DNA from: Malacoraja senta
Lineage: Eukaryota
Direction: 5' to 3'
DNA length: 64,000 nucleotides
Assembly: GCA_038087875.1 (NCBI GenBank)
Contig: CM075998.1
Coordinates: forward strand, 1,800,001-1,864,000
Made by a program: the position numbers and the translations under genes. The notes under the pieces were generated by a model. That model made no database searches. It saw only the letters and a list, made by a program, of their open reading frames with translations, and was not told the DNA's origin. Position 1 is the stretch's first letter, and each line of letters begins with the position of its first letter. Positions 27,703-39,960 of the stretch are shown in pieces.

Positions 27703-28116
27703 CACAAAAGTGCTGGAGAAACTCAGCGGGTGCAGCAGCATCTATGGAGCGAAGGAAATAGGCAACGTTTCGGGTCGAAACCCTTCTTCAGACTGATGGG
27801 GGGTGGGGAGAAGAAAGGAAAAAGGCAGAGGAGGAGCCCGAGGGCTGAGGGATGGGAGGAGACAGCCCGAGGGCTGAGGAAGGGGAGGAGACAGCAAGGG
27901 CTAACAAAATTGGGAGAATTCAATGTTCATGCCCCCAGGATGCAGCCTCCCCAAGCGGAATATGAGGTGCTGCTCCTCCAATTTACGGTGGTGCTCACTC
28001 TGGCCGTGGAGGAGGCCCAGGACAGAGAGGTCGGATACGGAATGGGAGGGGGAGTTGAAGTGCTGAGCCACCGGGAGGTCAGGTTGGTTTTTCCAGCATC
28101 AGCAGTTCCTTCTTAA
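27703..28116 (-). mobile_element. Young 5'-truncated PLE insertion: ORF C-terminus, hammerhead, short inverted terminal piece, 16-bp TSD
   Basis: Minus strand encodes QPDLPVAQHFNSPSHSVSDLSVLGLLHGQSEHHRKLEEQHLIFRLGRLHPGGMNIEFSQFC*. TSD acaacagtctgagggg at 27687-27702 and 28117-28132. Confidence 0.88.
27763..27791 (-). ncRNA. Minimal hammerhead ribozyme motif (GUU variant)
   Basis: CUGAAGA-A-GGGU-UUCG-ACCC-GAAAC-GUU-G, on the same strand as the PLE ORF and ~110 nt after its stop codon. Confidence 0.75.
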
Positions 28117-28332
28117 ACAACAGTCTGAGGGGGACGGTGGGGATCGGGAGCAGCTCCGGTAGAACGAATACGCGGGAATCCGGACTTTAAACTTTGAAGT
28201 GGTGCCAAACATGGCGGCACGGACATTATATGCAAAATGAATTTCACTGTGTAATGTTTAATTGCACGTGTGACGATCAATTTATATTTGCAAGGCGGAG
28301 CTAGATTTCAGTTTCAGTTTCCGTTTATTGTT

Positions 28333-28480
28333 TAAAGCAAACAGAGATCAAATTTAATTGGGGACAGTCAGACTGGTCGGAGAACTGGGAAGGGGGTGGG
28401 ATGGAGAGAGAGGGAAAGCAAGGGTTACTTGGTTCGAGAAGTCAATATTCATTATGCTGGGGTGTAAGCTGCCCAAGCAA
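28333..28480 (-). mobile_element. PLE ORF-end / 3' region fragment
   Basis: Matches 24255-24395. Confidence 0.7.
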
Positions 28481-30292
28481 TGCCCAAACAAATGTTAATA
28501 ATATCTCTGAACTATTGAGCATTTTTTCTATAAATGTTCTTGAAAATAGAAATTTATCTCAGTTGCTTCATTGGTAATATAATGTATATAGCTTATAGGT
28601 TTTCTTCACCTTTTATAGTTTCTTTGATAAAACACAACTTCAAAGTAGAAGTGAAAAGATTTTTTTAATTCAAATTGTACATAACTGCAAGCTCTGTTTG
28701 TGTTCTCATGTGCCCCCTGGGGACTACTCTTACAATTTGACTCAGAGTATTTCTGGATCACTTTGACAGGGTCACAAATGTTTAATTGATTTACAGAGGT
28801 GATTCCAGAATTATACCAGTTCCAGCTCGAATTTATGCTATTAACGGGGGCTCTGAGCAGTGTATGCGTGACAGTTTATTTGTTGTCCCTTTTGGATTGT
28901 TTTTCAAAGAAACCCAAATACATAGCTCCAAATCAGCTTTCCCTAAAAGAAAATTGGGCTGAAGTAGAAGCATCTGAGAATTGGAGAAAGTGGCCAAAAT
29001 GCAGAGTGATACTCGAGGTCAAGAAAGCAGTGATTCCATCAGAAATGTCAGGAACATAATCCTAGGGATTGAAAGCTTGTTACCTTGATATCTATAATGC
29101 AGATAAAACTTGCATTTATTATAAAGGAAGCCATTCACAAGCATCACGAGAGCATAAGTGCAATAAATCCAGTTTCACCTGGGTTTATAAAAGACAGAAT
29201 GTGCCAGATTAATTTATTTGAACCCTTTGACAATGTTATGGAGGCTGTGGGGAAAGCAAAGACTATATATTTCATTTCTCGGGATAGATTTGATAAGGTC
29301 TTTCGTGTGGAGGTTCATGCTTAAACTAAAAGGTCATGGTATCTCAGACATAGCTGAAAATTGATTTTGAAATTGGCTGGTACAAAACAATTTACTAGGT
29401 TACAATAGTGATAGCTCTAATTAGGAATTTCTTAACCTGGAGACAGGACTGCCAAGTACAATAATGGTTCCAAAAAATGAACAGATTCTTAATCACAGGA
29501 GATATAGGAGATGAACATTGAATAAAAAAAGGAGGAAATGCTGCGAGCACTCAGCAGGTCAGGCAGCGTCTGTGGAAAGAAAAGCAGAATCAATGATTCG
29601 AACTATCATTCAACCCGACTGATTTGACTTCCATATACTAGATGTTGCCGGACCTGCTGAGTGTCACAAGCAATTTCTCTCTTTATCTCAGATCTCCAGT
29701 GCCTGCAGTTTTTATTTTTATTTATCTGGGAATCTGCCTTGTGTTCAAGCAAGACTGAAAACATGGTTCGAGCGAATCCACTTCGAGAAGAATCCATTGC
29801 TGGAATGGAGTCTTCCCAGTCACATGCAGGGGGCAGTGAACCGTGTGTGGCTGGGGTTAATGGCATAATCTTCTGCATTTGTTTCGAGTGAGATTCCACA
29901 CTAGAAGCTAAGCCCAACAAATTATATCTTCATTGTGCACGAGAAAAATGAGACAGACAAAACTGCCTTTTGATAATTCCTTATTGCAATGTTCTGTTTT
30001 TGTTTATTTTCAAAATACGGTGAATATTTCTTGGGTCGCATTTTGCTGCGCACGATGCTCTGTGCATGGATTGTGCTTATTTAGGTCACATAAATAGTTA
30101 TGACTAATTATGCGTGACTCCTCAAGCCATAGAGTCGCATTAAAGGGCACAGATTCTGGGATTTTCTCCTTTGAAAAGATATTCAAGAAACCACACAACA
30201 TGTTTGTTTTAACCTTGGGTGACAGTGTGAAATGCTGCTGGATTAGAAAGTTTGCTGTTTCGTAATCGCTCAAATGTTTCTTCACAGAGTTA

Positions 30293-30633
30293 TGGGCCTG
30301 TCCCACTTACATGACTTTATCGGCGACTGCCGGTACCTGTCATAGGTCGTTGCAGGTCGCCGAAAACTTTCAACATGTTGAAAATCCAGCAGCGACCAGA
30401 AAGACGCTACGACTCTTTGGGCGACTGAGGAGACGATTCACGACCATACAGGTGACACCCCGGCAACATGTTGCTGGGTGAAGCTTGTATGGTCGTCAGT
30501 AGTCGCCCAAAGAGTCGTACTTTGTTCTGGTTGCCGTTGGATTTTCAACATGTTGAAAATTTTCGCCGACCTGCAACGACCTTTGACGGGTGCCGGCAGT
30601 CGCCGAAAAAGTTGCGTAAGTGGGACAGGCCCA
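30293..30633. mobile_element. PIF/Harbinger-type MITE
   Basis: TIR tgggcctgtcccacttac ... gtaagtgggacaggccca, largely palindromic interior, 3-bp flanks tta/tga. Confidence 0.8.
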
Positions 30634-30759
30634 TGAGGCTGACTGCTCCATGGTTCCCTGTTTCCCTTACTTCACCTTTCTTGAAATAACAGTGTTGCAG
30701 TTATTATTTTCCAATCCTCTAGAACCTTTCCATAATCTGGGGAGTTTTGGAAGATGATA

Positions 30760-31295
30760 TAGAACAGCACAAGACCAGGCCCTTCGGCCCACAGTGCCGT
30801 ACATGATGCCAAGACCAACACTTATCTGTCTGCACATAATCCATATCGCTCCATTCCCTGCATATCCGTATGCCTCTCCAAAAGTCTCATATCTCTCTTA
30901 ACTACCAGGCCGGGCAGCGCGTTCAATGCATTCACCACCCAGTGTAAAAAACTTGCCTCACACATCTCCTTTAAACATTCCCCGCTCACCTTCAAGCTAT
31001 GCCCTCTAGTATTTGATCTTTCCATCCCGGGAGAAAGGTTCTGACTGTCTACGGTATCAGTGCCTCTCATCATTTTATGTACTTCTATCAGGTCCCTGCA
31101 AACTTTGTCCTTCCAGAGAAAATAATCCAAGTCTGTCCAATCTCTCCCTGTAGCTAATACCCCTAATCCAGGCATCAGTCTGGTAAACCTCCTCTGCACC
31201 CTTTCCATAGCCTCCACATCCTTTCTCTAGTGGGGCAACCAGAACTGTGCACAACCCTCCAAATGCGGCCTAACCTGTCCTATAAAGCTGCACCA
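30760..31295 (-). mobile_element. CR1/HER1-type 3' fragment
   Basis: MERVQRRFTRLMPGL...RDLIEVHK...TRGHSLK. Confidence 0.85.
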
Positions 31296-31532
31296 TGAGC
31301 TTTAATCAATGCTTCCACCATCTCCACATCCACCCGTTTTAGTATCCCAGGACACGGGTCAAATCCAGAAATTTAATAGGCCCTTAATCTCAAACATTTG
31401 CCAAGTATGTTTTTTTTTCTAGTGATGCTCATTGCTTTAAGCCCCTCCCTCTCTTTTGCTTCTTTGGTTATCTCCCATTTTTGGTGTGCTTTTAGTGTTT
31501 TCTAATGTGAACCTGGATGCAATATATATTCG

Positions 31533-31665
31533 TGTTGGAATGAACTGCAGATGCTGGTTTAAGCCAAAGATAGACACAAAAGCTGGAGTAACTCAGCGGG
31601 TCAGACAGCATCTCTGGAGAAAAAGAATAGGTGACGATTCAGGTCGAGACCCTTCTTCAGACTGA
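31533..31665 (-). mobile_element. PLE terminal repeat
   Basis: Motif match; ends at a decayed hammerhead. Confidence 0.75.
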
Positions 31666-32229
31666 AGAACTATTTCGTAAAACTGTCCGCAATTGCTCAT
31701 CTGCCATTGTGGCTTTTAATCAAATTTCCTCATCTACTTTAGCTGATTCATTTTTATGCTAATTAATTTATTTATGTTGAAGATTCAAGTTTTTCATTCT
31801 CAAATCAAATGTGAAATTCATTAGATCATGATCATTCTTCCCCGGGGGTTCCTATGCTTTAAGATAACTTGATTAATCTTGAGTCATTAGGCAGGATTAA
31901 ACAGCCTGTTCCCTGGTTGGATCCGCAACACGTTCAAGGAAGCGAATGCATTCCATGAACTTGACCTTAATACTACCTTTGCTAATTGGAAACATAAAGA
32001 GACTGCTGGAAATACTCAGCAGGTCAAGCAGCTTCCATGGAAAGAAATCAGAGTTCATGTATATCAGGTCACTGGACCTTTCATCAGAACTAGCCTGACC
32101 TGCTAATATTTCCAGCATTTTCTGTTTTTATTTGAAATTTCCAGCATCTACAATTTTTTTAGATTCTTGTTTCTCAGTTTGATTTATAGAGTTTATGTGA
32201 AGATTAAAGTGCCTCATATTATTTGACAA

Positions 32230-32780
32230 CTGAGTAATGGAGCACAGAAACAGGCCCCTTGGTCCAATATGTCCATTCCAACAAAGATGCCTAACTGAGC
32301 TAGTTCTATTTACCTGCATTTGGCTCATGTCCCTCTAAACTTTGCCTTGCCATCCAACTCAAGAGTTAAGATTTAAGAGTGTTTTATTGTCATATGTCCC
32401 GAAATGGAACAATGAATTTCCTGCTTGCAGTATTTGTTGATATACCGAATACCCTCAATCTCTTAAGGAAGTAGAGGTGTTGATGGGCTTCCTTTATGAT
32501 TGCATCAATGCGCTGGGTCCAGGAAAGATCTTCAGAGATATGCATCTCCAGGAATTTGAAGTTTTTAATCTCTCCACCAAGTCCCGTCGATGAAGGCAAG
32601 TAGTCTAAATGTATTTTAAATCTTGTATTTGTATCGCCACTATAGATTCCACTGGCAGCTTGTTCTATTGTCCAAGACCTTTTGTGTGGAAAAAGTTGCT
32701 CCTCAGGTTCATTTTCAATCTTTCCCCACTCACCTTAAATCAATGTTCTCTAGTTTTAAACTCCCTTACCCTGGGGAAAA
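32230..32780 (-). mobile_element. Decayed CR1 3' end interrupted by a Rex1-type piece (~32357-32592)
   Basis: Insert encodes NFKFLEMHISEDLSWTQRIDAIIKEAHQHLYFLKRLR and has a tgacaataaa tail. CR1 sequence on both sides. Confidence 0.7.
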
Positions 32781-32844
32781 TATACTTCTAAGCGTGATAC
32801 AAAAAATAAAATATGACAAATGTTGCTGCTGTGTGTTTGACCAA

Positions 32845-33154
32845 GGGTGGCACGGTGGCGTAGCGGTCGAGCTACTGCCTTACAGTGCCAGAGACCCAGG
32901 TTCAATCCTGACTACGGGTGCTTGTCTGTACGGAATTTGCATGTTCTCCTCGTGACCTGCGTGGGTTTTCTCAGAGATCTTCGGTTTCCTCCCACGCTCC
33001 AAAGACGTACAGGTTTGTAGGTTAATTGGCTTGGTGTAAATGTAATATTGTCCCTAGTGTGTGTAGGATAGTGTTAGCGTGCGGGGATTGCTGGTTGGCG
33101 TGGGCCGAAGGGCCTGTTTCCGCATTGTGTCGCTAAACTAAACTAAATTAAACT
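32845..33154 (+). mobile_element. Full-length HE1-like tRNA-derived V-SINE
   Basis: gggtggcacggtggcgtagcgg (A box), ggttcaatcc (B box), body, gggccgaagggcctgtttcc tail, (taaac)n. Confidence 0.9.
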
Positions 33155-33884
33155 GTCGTGATATTTTACTGCAAATGTATTGCAGCAGCTCTTCATCTTA
33201 GGCAGTTCCTCAGGGTCGAGGCCTGTCTTCCACTCTGGTTTTGAGGTGACTGATGAGATCGATGAAGGACCCACAGACCCCAGAGATTTTTTTTTACTGG
33301 GGTTGGAAAAGTAGCTCTTTCAGTGTTTTAAAACTTTGGGTCAGTTGCACAGCAATGAACAAATGTGTTTGGGAATTTTGAGCAAATAACAGTGCCTGCT
33401 GGTACACATATTTAATCTATTTGCTGCCACGTCTGCCCTTCAGGTGCACGGAAACATTTGTTGACAGTGTGACCTATCATCAAGTGCTCTCCATGACCGA
33501 GGATTAATGGTTGCATAGCTAATTGTGGAGCTGCAGATAATGCAGAAATCCCTCTGCCGAAATCTATAACTAATCTTGATGGAGCTTTAGTTGACTGTTC
33601 CAGTGCCATTCTTTCCATTGTCACAGATCGTCCACAATGTTCATTTGTTTATGTCTTTGTAGGTAAGAGGAATAGCAGCCAACTTCTATGCTCTGGCCAC
33701 AAACCCACTACCCACTATCTCAGTGGAAAGAGCCGTGAAATGCTTCCAATGCCAGCTAACTAACATGAGGCGGGTAAGACTGGATGAGCTCTTGGTGTTG
33801 GGTGCAGGCTGGACAAGCTCTTCACAGATAAATGTGCCGCTGCTCACGACTTTAGAAATCGATGCACTACTTTATTAATAGCTC

Positions 33885-34080
33885 TTTATCAGGCAACGGA
33901 ATCATCCTACCACAACCAGAGAGCAGTGCTGAACTACTATCTATCTCTTTGATGTCCCTCGGACTATCCTTGACCGTACTTTGCTGGCTTTACCTGGCTC
34001 TAAACATCATTCCCTTATCATGTATCTATACACTGTAAATGGATTGATTGTAATCATGTATTATTGTATTTCTGCTGACT
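33885..34080 (+). mobile_element. Rex1-type 3' UTR fragment
   Basis: Matches 26430-26625. Confidence 0.75.
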
Positions 34081-34089
34081 GAATGAATC

Positions 34090-34822
34090 GGAATGGATAG
34101 GGCCCTGGGGAGTATTGTAGAGAACGGTGAACGAGAAGTACAGGTGGACAGTTCACTGAAAATGGCATCCCAGATACAGTAGATAGGGTGGTAAAGAAGG
34201 CTTTTGGAATATTGTCTTTCATGTGACAGGATATTGAGTATAGAAGTTGGGACATTCTGTTACAGTTGTACAAGGCATTGGTGAGGCCACAGTTGAAGTA
34301 TTGTGCTCAGTTCTGGTCACCCTGGTATAGGAAGGATGTCATTAAGCTGGAGAGAGTGCCGAGAGGGTTTATGAGGATGTTACCAGGACTCGAGGGGCTG
34401 AGCTATAGGGGAGATTGGGCAAGCTAGGATTTTATTCCTTTGAGTGCAGGAGGCTAAGGGGTGATCTTATGGAGGTATATACAATCATGAGTGGAATTGA
34501 TAGGGTGAATTTTACCCGGGGTAAGGGAATCAAGAACCAGAAAACATAGGTTTAAGATAAGAGGAGAAGGATTTAATAGGAAACTGAGGGCCAACTTTTT
34601 CACTCAGAGTATGTGGATATATGAAATGAGTTGCTGGAGGAGGTAGTTGAGGCAGGTACAATAACAATATTTATTAGACACTTGAGGACTGGTACGTGGA
34701 TAGAAAAGATTTGGAGGGATATGGGCTAAGTGCAGGTAAATGGGACTAGCTTAGATGGGGCACCTTGGTCGGCATGGACGAGTTGGGCTGAAGGGCCTGT
34801 TTCCATGCTGTATGACTCTATG
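34090..34822 (+). mobile_element. CR1/HER1-type 3' fragment (older)
   Basis: LYKALVRPQLKYCAQFWSP...RGDLMEVY, with tail gggctgaagggcctgtttccatgctgtatgactctatga. Confidence 0.85.
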
Positions 34823-35756
34823 AATCTAATCAACAATTTGATTGATTGGGAGTTATTGAGAACTATGGAGTTACATTTATTGGTAATTAATACGATTTAA
34901 AAAAAAATCTTTATGGATTAAAGTTATTGCATTCAGAAGTTTGGTAGATATTTTTAATGCAAAAAGAAGATTCTTTTTTTTAAATGTCAAGACCACAGGA
35001 GTCTGCTAAAAAAGGTTTTTGTACAGAATTGATTTTGCAAAGCAATGTGTGCAATGGAAGAGGGTATTGGACATTCATCAATATTCTTTAGATGAGCTGA
35101 AAAATGTTCATCTACACCCAGTGACAGGTTGAGAAATGTTACTGTGGGTCCTCGGAGGGTTAAATCTCGGATGATATGCAGCTGAATATTCAGCAATCCG
35201 AGTGTGCAGAGTCGACGTGTGGCATTTCCATCTGTGATTTATCTAAAGGGCTTAGACAGGTGCTTGACAAGCAGTCAGCTGATCAGCCTACAGGCTGTCA
35301 AACTCACTGAGACATAGGTTTGTTTCCCAATAGTGTCAGAGCTGTGATTACAATGTGTCTTACAATTAAACCGGCTCTGCAATACAGCGGACCTTCAATT
35401 ATCCAAAACCCTTGGGACCAAGGGTATTTCAGAGGGGACTTAAGAATATGTAAAGGGATACCCCTATCGGACTTTTAGATAAAGCTTAAATCTACACAAT
35501 GTCCAGGTTAAGATTTTAAGATTGACACAGTAACACAATAACCACACAGCTACAGTCCTGCAAGCTTTTTTTTTGGTACAGACAACTGCAATACTAAATA
35601 CAAGAGCTACTTACTAGGGGCAATAATATCAGCAAATAATCACACCCATCAAAAATAATATTAAAGGGGAGATAACTTTGGAATTGTATATTTGTAATAA
35701 AACGTCCCTGTGAAAAGAAAAACTTCATTACTGGAACAAGTTTGACTATATTTATT

Positions 35757-35932
35757 TAAGAAGGAACTGTAGATGCTGGAAAATCGAAGGTAGACAAAAG
35801 TGCTGGATAAACTCAGCGGGTGCAGCAGCATCTAAGGAGCAAAGGAAGTCTGAAGAAGGGTTTCGGCCCGAAACGTTGCCTATTTCCTTCGCTCCTTAGA
35901 TGCTGCTGCACCCGCTGAGTTTCTCCAGCACT
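35757..35932. mobile_element. Fold-back PLE-derived insertion with 16-bp TSD
   Basis: tttgactatatttatt at 35741-35756 and 35933-35948. Confidence 0.85.
35850..35878 (+). ncRNA. Minimal hammerhead ribozyme motif (GUU variant)
   Basis: CUGAAGA-A-GGGU-UUCG-GCCC-GAAAC-GUU-G. Confidence 0.7.
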
Positions 35933-35948
35933 TTTGACTATATTTATT

Positions 35949-36285
35949 GGTTGACACAGTGGCGTTGCTGTGCACAGCTCCAGTGACCAGGTTCAATCCC
36001 GACCTTTGTGGTTGTCTATGTGGGGTTTACACATTCTGACTTGGACCACGTGGGTTTTCTCCAGGCGCTCCAGTTTTCTCCCATGTCCCAAAGATATGCA
36101 GGTTTGGGGGGTTAATTAGCCACTGTAAATTACACCTTGTGTATAGGTGGCTGGTAGAATATGGAGGAGTTGATGGGAATGTGGAGAGAATTAAAAAATG
36201 AGATGGGATAAATGAGTGTTTGCCAGCTTTTTGACTCATTGAGCTGAAGGGCACAAACCAGGCTGCACGACGCTGTGATTCTATA
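35949..36285 (+). mobile_element. Older V-SINE copy
   Basis: B box ggttcaatcc, diverged body. Confidence 0.7.
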
Positions 36286-36428
36286 TTTCTATGGGAAACT
36301 ACGTTTGCAGAATGCAGATTATCTGTTTTTATATAAACAGGGCAAAGCATCAATTAGAGTGTTGAGCCTTTAACACCAACAAATATCCAAGACAAAATCA
36401 ATAATCAACCTGACACCACGTAAGAGCA

Positions 36429-36735
36429 AAGATACAAAGTGCTGGAGTAACAGGCAGCATCTCTGGAGAGAAGGAATGGGTGACGTTTCGGATCTGAAGA
36501 AGGGTCTCGACCCAAAACGTCACCCATTTCCTTGTCTGCAGAGATGCTGCCTGTCCCGCTGAGTTACTCCAGCATTTTGTGTCTGTCTGTGGTTTAAACC
36601 AGCATCTGCAGTTCCTTGCTATACACCTAGTAAGAGCATAGTCTGAAGGGTCCTGACCCGAAATGCCACCTATCCATGTTCTCCAGAGGTGCTGCCTGAC
36701 CCACTGAGTTACTCCAGCACTTTGTGTCCTTTTGT
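36429..36735. mobile_element. Fold-back PLE insertion (36429-36629, TSD gtaagagca) adjacent to an older PLE repeat (36640-36735)
   Basis: gtaagagca at 36420-36428 and 36630-36638. CpG-decayed hammerhead at 36494-36522. Confidence 0.75.
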
Positions 36736-37395
36736 GACACTGAGTAAAGATGCAGCGTTCAAGAGCTCTATGGCCACATAGCTCTGTGGGGCCTGCAATG
36801 CCATCTTGAAGCATGACTTTTTCTTAAATGGTGTCATTCATGGCAGTTAGTGGTGGCATGTAAGGAATCTATTTTTAACCCACCGTGCCTGGAAGGGCTG
36901 TCTTTAAAGTGGTAAACCGTGCCTTTCCTTTGTTCCATCTGGAATCCTAGCGATCACCACTTTAACTATTCACTGGAACAAAGTTACTGCTACTTCCTGC
37001 CTGAAGCAAGTGGGCCTTGCAGTTACTGCAAATCAGAATCTTATGAAATCCAAGGCCCTCTAATTGCATTTTAACCCCTTCTTCCCCCACGAAGGGAAGT
37101 CACAGTGAATTGTAGATGGGGCAGCTGACTTTATCAAGGATGAATGTGAAATTTCTTGAGCTACGAGGAACAAGAAAGAAAACTGATCAGAGCACAATGA
37201 TTATCCACTCAAACTTTGCTTCTTGATGTCCTCTCTTAATCTTAGTAATCATCAATAAAGACCTAGAATCCGTCACACTTCAGTGGCAGAAATAAAGTTG
37301 GGCACATCTTTGAACTATCAGATCAGTATTTCCAATTTATACCAGAGAAATATACTTTATTCTCTCCAACTGGTAAGATTGAAAGAGGACTTTTT

Positions 37396-37696
37396 TTTAG
37401 TTTAATTTAGAGATGCAGCGCGGAAACAGGCCCTTCGTCCCACCGAGTCCACACCGACCAGGGATTCCAGCACACTTACACTATCGTAGGGACAATTTAC
37501 ATTTATACAAGCCAATTGACTTGTAAGCCTGTGCGTCTTTGGAGTGTGGGAGGAAACTGAAGATCTCGGAGAAAACTCACACAGGTCACGGGGAGGACGT
37601 ACAAACTCCGTACAGACAGCACTCGTAGTCAGTATCAAACCCGGGTCTCTGGTGCTGTAAGGCAGCAACTCTAACCATGCGCCACCGTGCCACCCT
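37396..37696 (-). mobile_element. HE1-like V-SINE
   Basis: Full head-body-tail match to 32845-33154. Confidence 0.88.
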
Positions 37697-38245
37697 GACT
37701 TGAAATAAAAGGTAAAAGGAATAGAGAAGGGATGCATGGCAAGATTAATTCAACTGACATGTAAATGAAAGAAAAGTTTGCAGATCAGAAGAAACCCAGT
37801 AAAAGCTACCGTATATATCTTGTCCAGCTGTTGTCTGCTTTCCGTAGGAGAAATGTGGTAGGTTCAATCCTTTGGAAACATGGCAGTTGTTACTTACTTT
37901 CTTTGTGCGCACACAACAGCTGTCTTGTGTGGAAGTCATCCCCCAAGATGGGTTTGATGTGATATTCTAGGAGTAGAAGGATCTTCCCTTCTGGGAAGAG
38001 CTATCCATGAGCCAGATGTGTGCAGTTGCTCTGTGACGACACATCACTTGTGGCACAATTGCCTGAAAACAACCCACTGCATACAGTGCAGATCAAAGCA
38101 GGCCAGAAGCATCTTGAGCATGAAAGGCTTGTGTATTGACTGTGCACAAGACTTATTAAGACCCCAGAATATATTCAACTGAGAGCAAAGACTCATCGCG
38201 AATCTGGAGCAGTTGCAAAGTGTCTCGGTCCTCAGCAAGACAATT

Positions 38246-38447
38246 CAGAAGAGGGTGGTGAATCTGTGGAATTCTTTGCCACAGACGGCCGTGGAGGCCA
38301 AGACAGTGGATATTTTTAAGGCGGGGATAGATAGATTCTTGATTAGTGCGGGTGTCAGGAGTTATGCGGAGAAGGCAGGAGAATGCGGTTCGGAAGGAGA
38401 AACAGATTAGCCATGATTGAATAGCGGAGTGGACGTGATGGGCCGAA
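38246..38447 (+). mobile_element. CR1/HER1-type 3' tail
   Basis: RVVNLWNSLPQTAVEAK plus 3' UTR. Confidence 0.85.
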
Positions 38448-39066
38448 AGTACAATCACATTTTGTCATCCCATTTTCTGATAATTTACTGCATGACTTCA
38501 AAAGGGTCGATCTTTTTTTCCCCTCACAACTAAGCCCAACTAAAGCAGTTAAAGGTCTTTTAAAACTACTGGTGCCTGATAATCAGATCCCGGCAATGCT
38601 TCCGCATGTCGTGCACTTAAAGTTATCAGATCTGACATTGTGCAACACCTGAGGAGCTGTCTGTGGACTGTTTGAAACAAGGTAACAATATCATTCTATC
38701 AATCAATAACAGTGGCTACACTCACTCGTTGTAGGTACTGTAAAATACATAGCTTGCAAACCATCCTTCTCAGTTGCAATTTGACATGCATGTCTTTTTA
38801 AGTACTGTGCCTTTGGCGAAGCTCTCACTTTACATTAACGGATAAACCAATTTCAACAACAATGTTTAGTAAAACTGTACACTAAGCCGTGGCTGACATC
38901 TATTTTTTTGATCAACAACATAAATTGAAGTAAATATGTAAATACAATACTCTATGAAAATTATAAATTTGATCCATAAGTAGAATAACATAGGTCAGAA
39001 TGTGTGGAGAGATTAGAAAGATGCACATTTTGGCTTACACTCTGCAGTGGGTTTTGTGAATGGTGA

Positions 39067-39199
39067 CTGAAGAAGGGTCTCGACCCGAAACGTCACCTAT
39101 TTCCTTCGCTCCATAGATGCTGCCTCACCCGCTGAGTTTCTCCAGCATTTTTGTCTACCTTCGATTTTCCAGCATCTGCAGTTCTTTCTTACACAACTA
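39067..39199 (+). mobile_element. PLE terminal-repeat insertion starting at an intact hammerhead core (39067-39095)
   Basis: ctgaagaagggtctcgacccgaaacgtca; direct repeat aatggtgact at 39059-39068 and 39200-39209. Confidence 0.8.
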
Positions 39200-39339
39200 A
39201 ATGGTGACTTATTTGTCCTTTCCATTGATCCTACCGAGCTGCTTGTGCATTTCCAACATTTTCTTTCTTCTTTTTAATCAGATTTTTGGCTGCTTCGTTA
39301 TCTTTGTCCCTTTCTCAACGGGTGAACGAACCTTAGAGC

Positions 39340-39960
39340 GCCTTGATTACCCTGACTAATCCATGGAGGTTCTCCTGAGATGCATGGACCTACTGAGCTC
39401 TTTCCATCCACCATCTGCTCCCTAGGCCACCACTTTTCTGCTGGACCTCTGCCCTCAGCTGTTTGTGGAGCTGCTTCTTTCCCTTGAGGAATGATAGAGT
39501 TTTCAATTCAGAAATACATTACATTTGCAATTAATTGCCTTCTCAATCTCCAGGTCCTTCTCATCAAACCAGTCCTAGTTCTTCTTGGTACAGCAGCCGA
39601 GAGTATTTTTACAGGTGCCAGTTATGGTGGACTTTAGGGCTTCCATAAACTGTGGAAACTCTGCATCTCTTGTTGGCTGGAAATTGACAAGTTGCCCGTC
39701 AGATGGTGTCTGAGAAGAGCTACTTTTCTGAGATCTTTGAGAACTTGGACATTGATCTTCTTGCAGCAATGCCTCTGTTGATGTTGATGCTTTAGGACCA
39801 AATTGATGGAGATAATAGAGTGAATGTGGCAATGGTGTCCAGCGGACATTGGCGCCTGCCATGTTATGAGTGGTGACATCTTTGTGAATCTCACATTGAC
39901 AATTCTATAAACAGGTGCCTGTGCTTGAACTGGAGGTGTGGCCACAAGGGTTGTACCCCT
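39340..39960 (-). mobile_element. Decayed RTE-clade LINE fragment (endonuclease end / linker)
   Basis: ALKSTITGTCKNTLGCCTKKN*DWFDEKD resembles the RTE linker motif (LG...K.QDWFDEND), followed by KQLRAEVQ..WW. Confidence 0.6.

Noticed and set aside
32845..32920. tRNA genes at A/B-box motifs
   Set aside because: They are heads of tRNA-derived SINEs, followed by SINE body and tail, with no complete cloverleaf.
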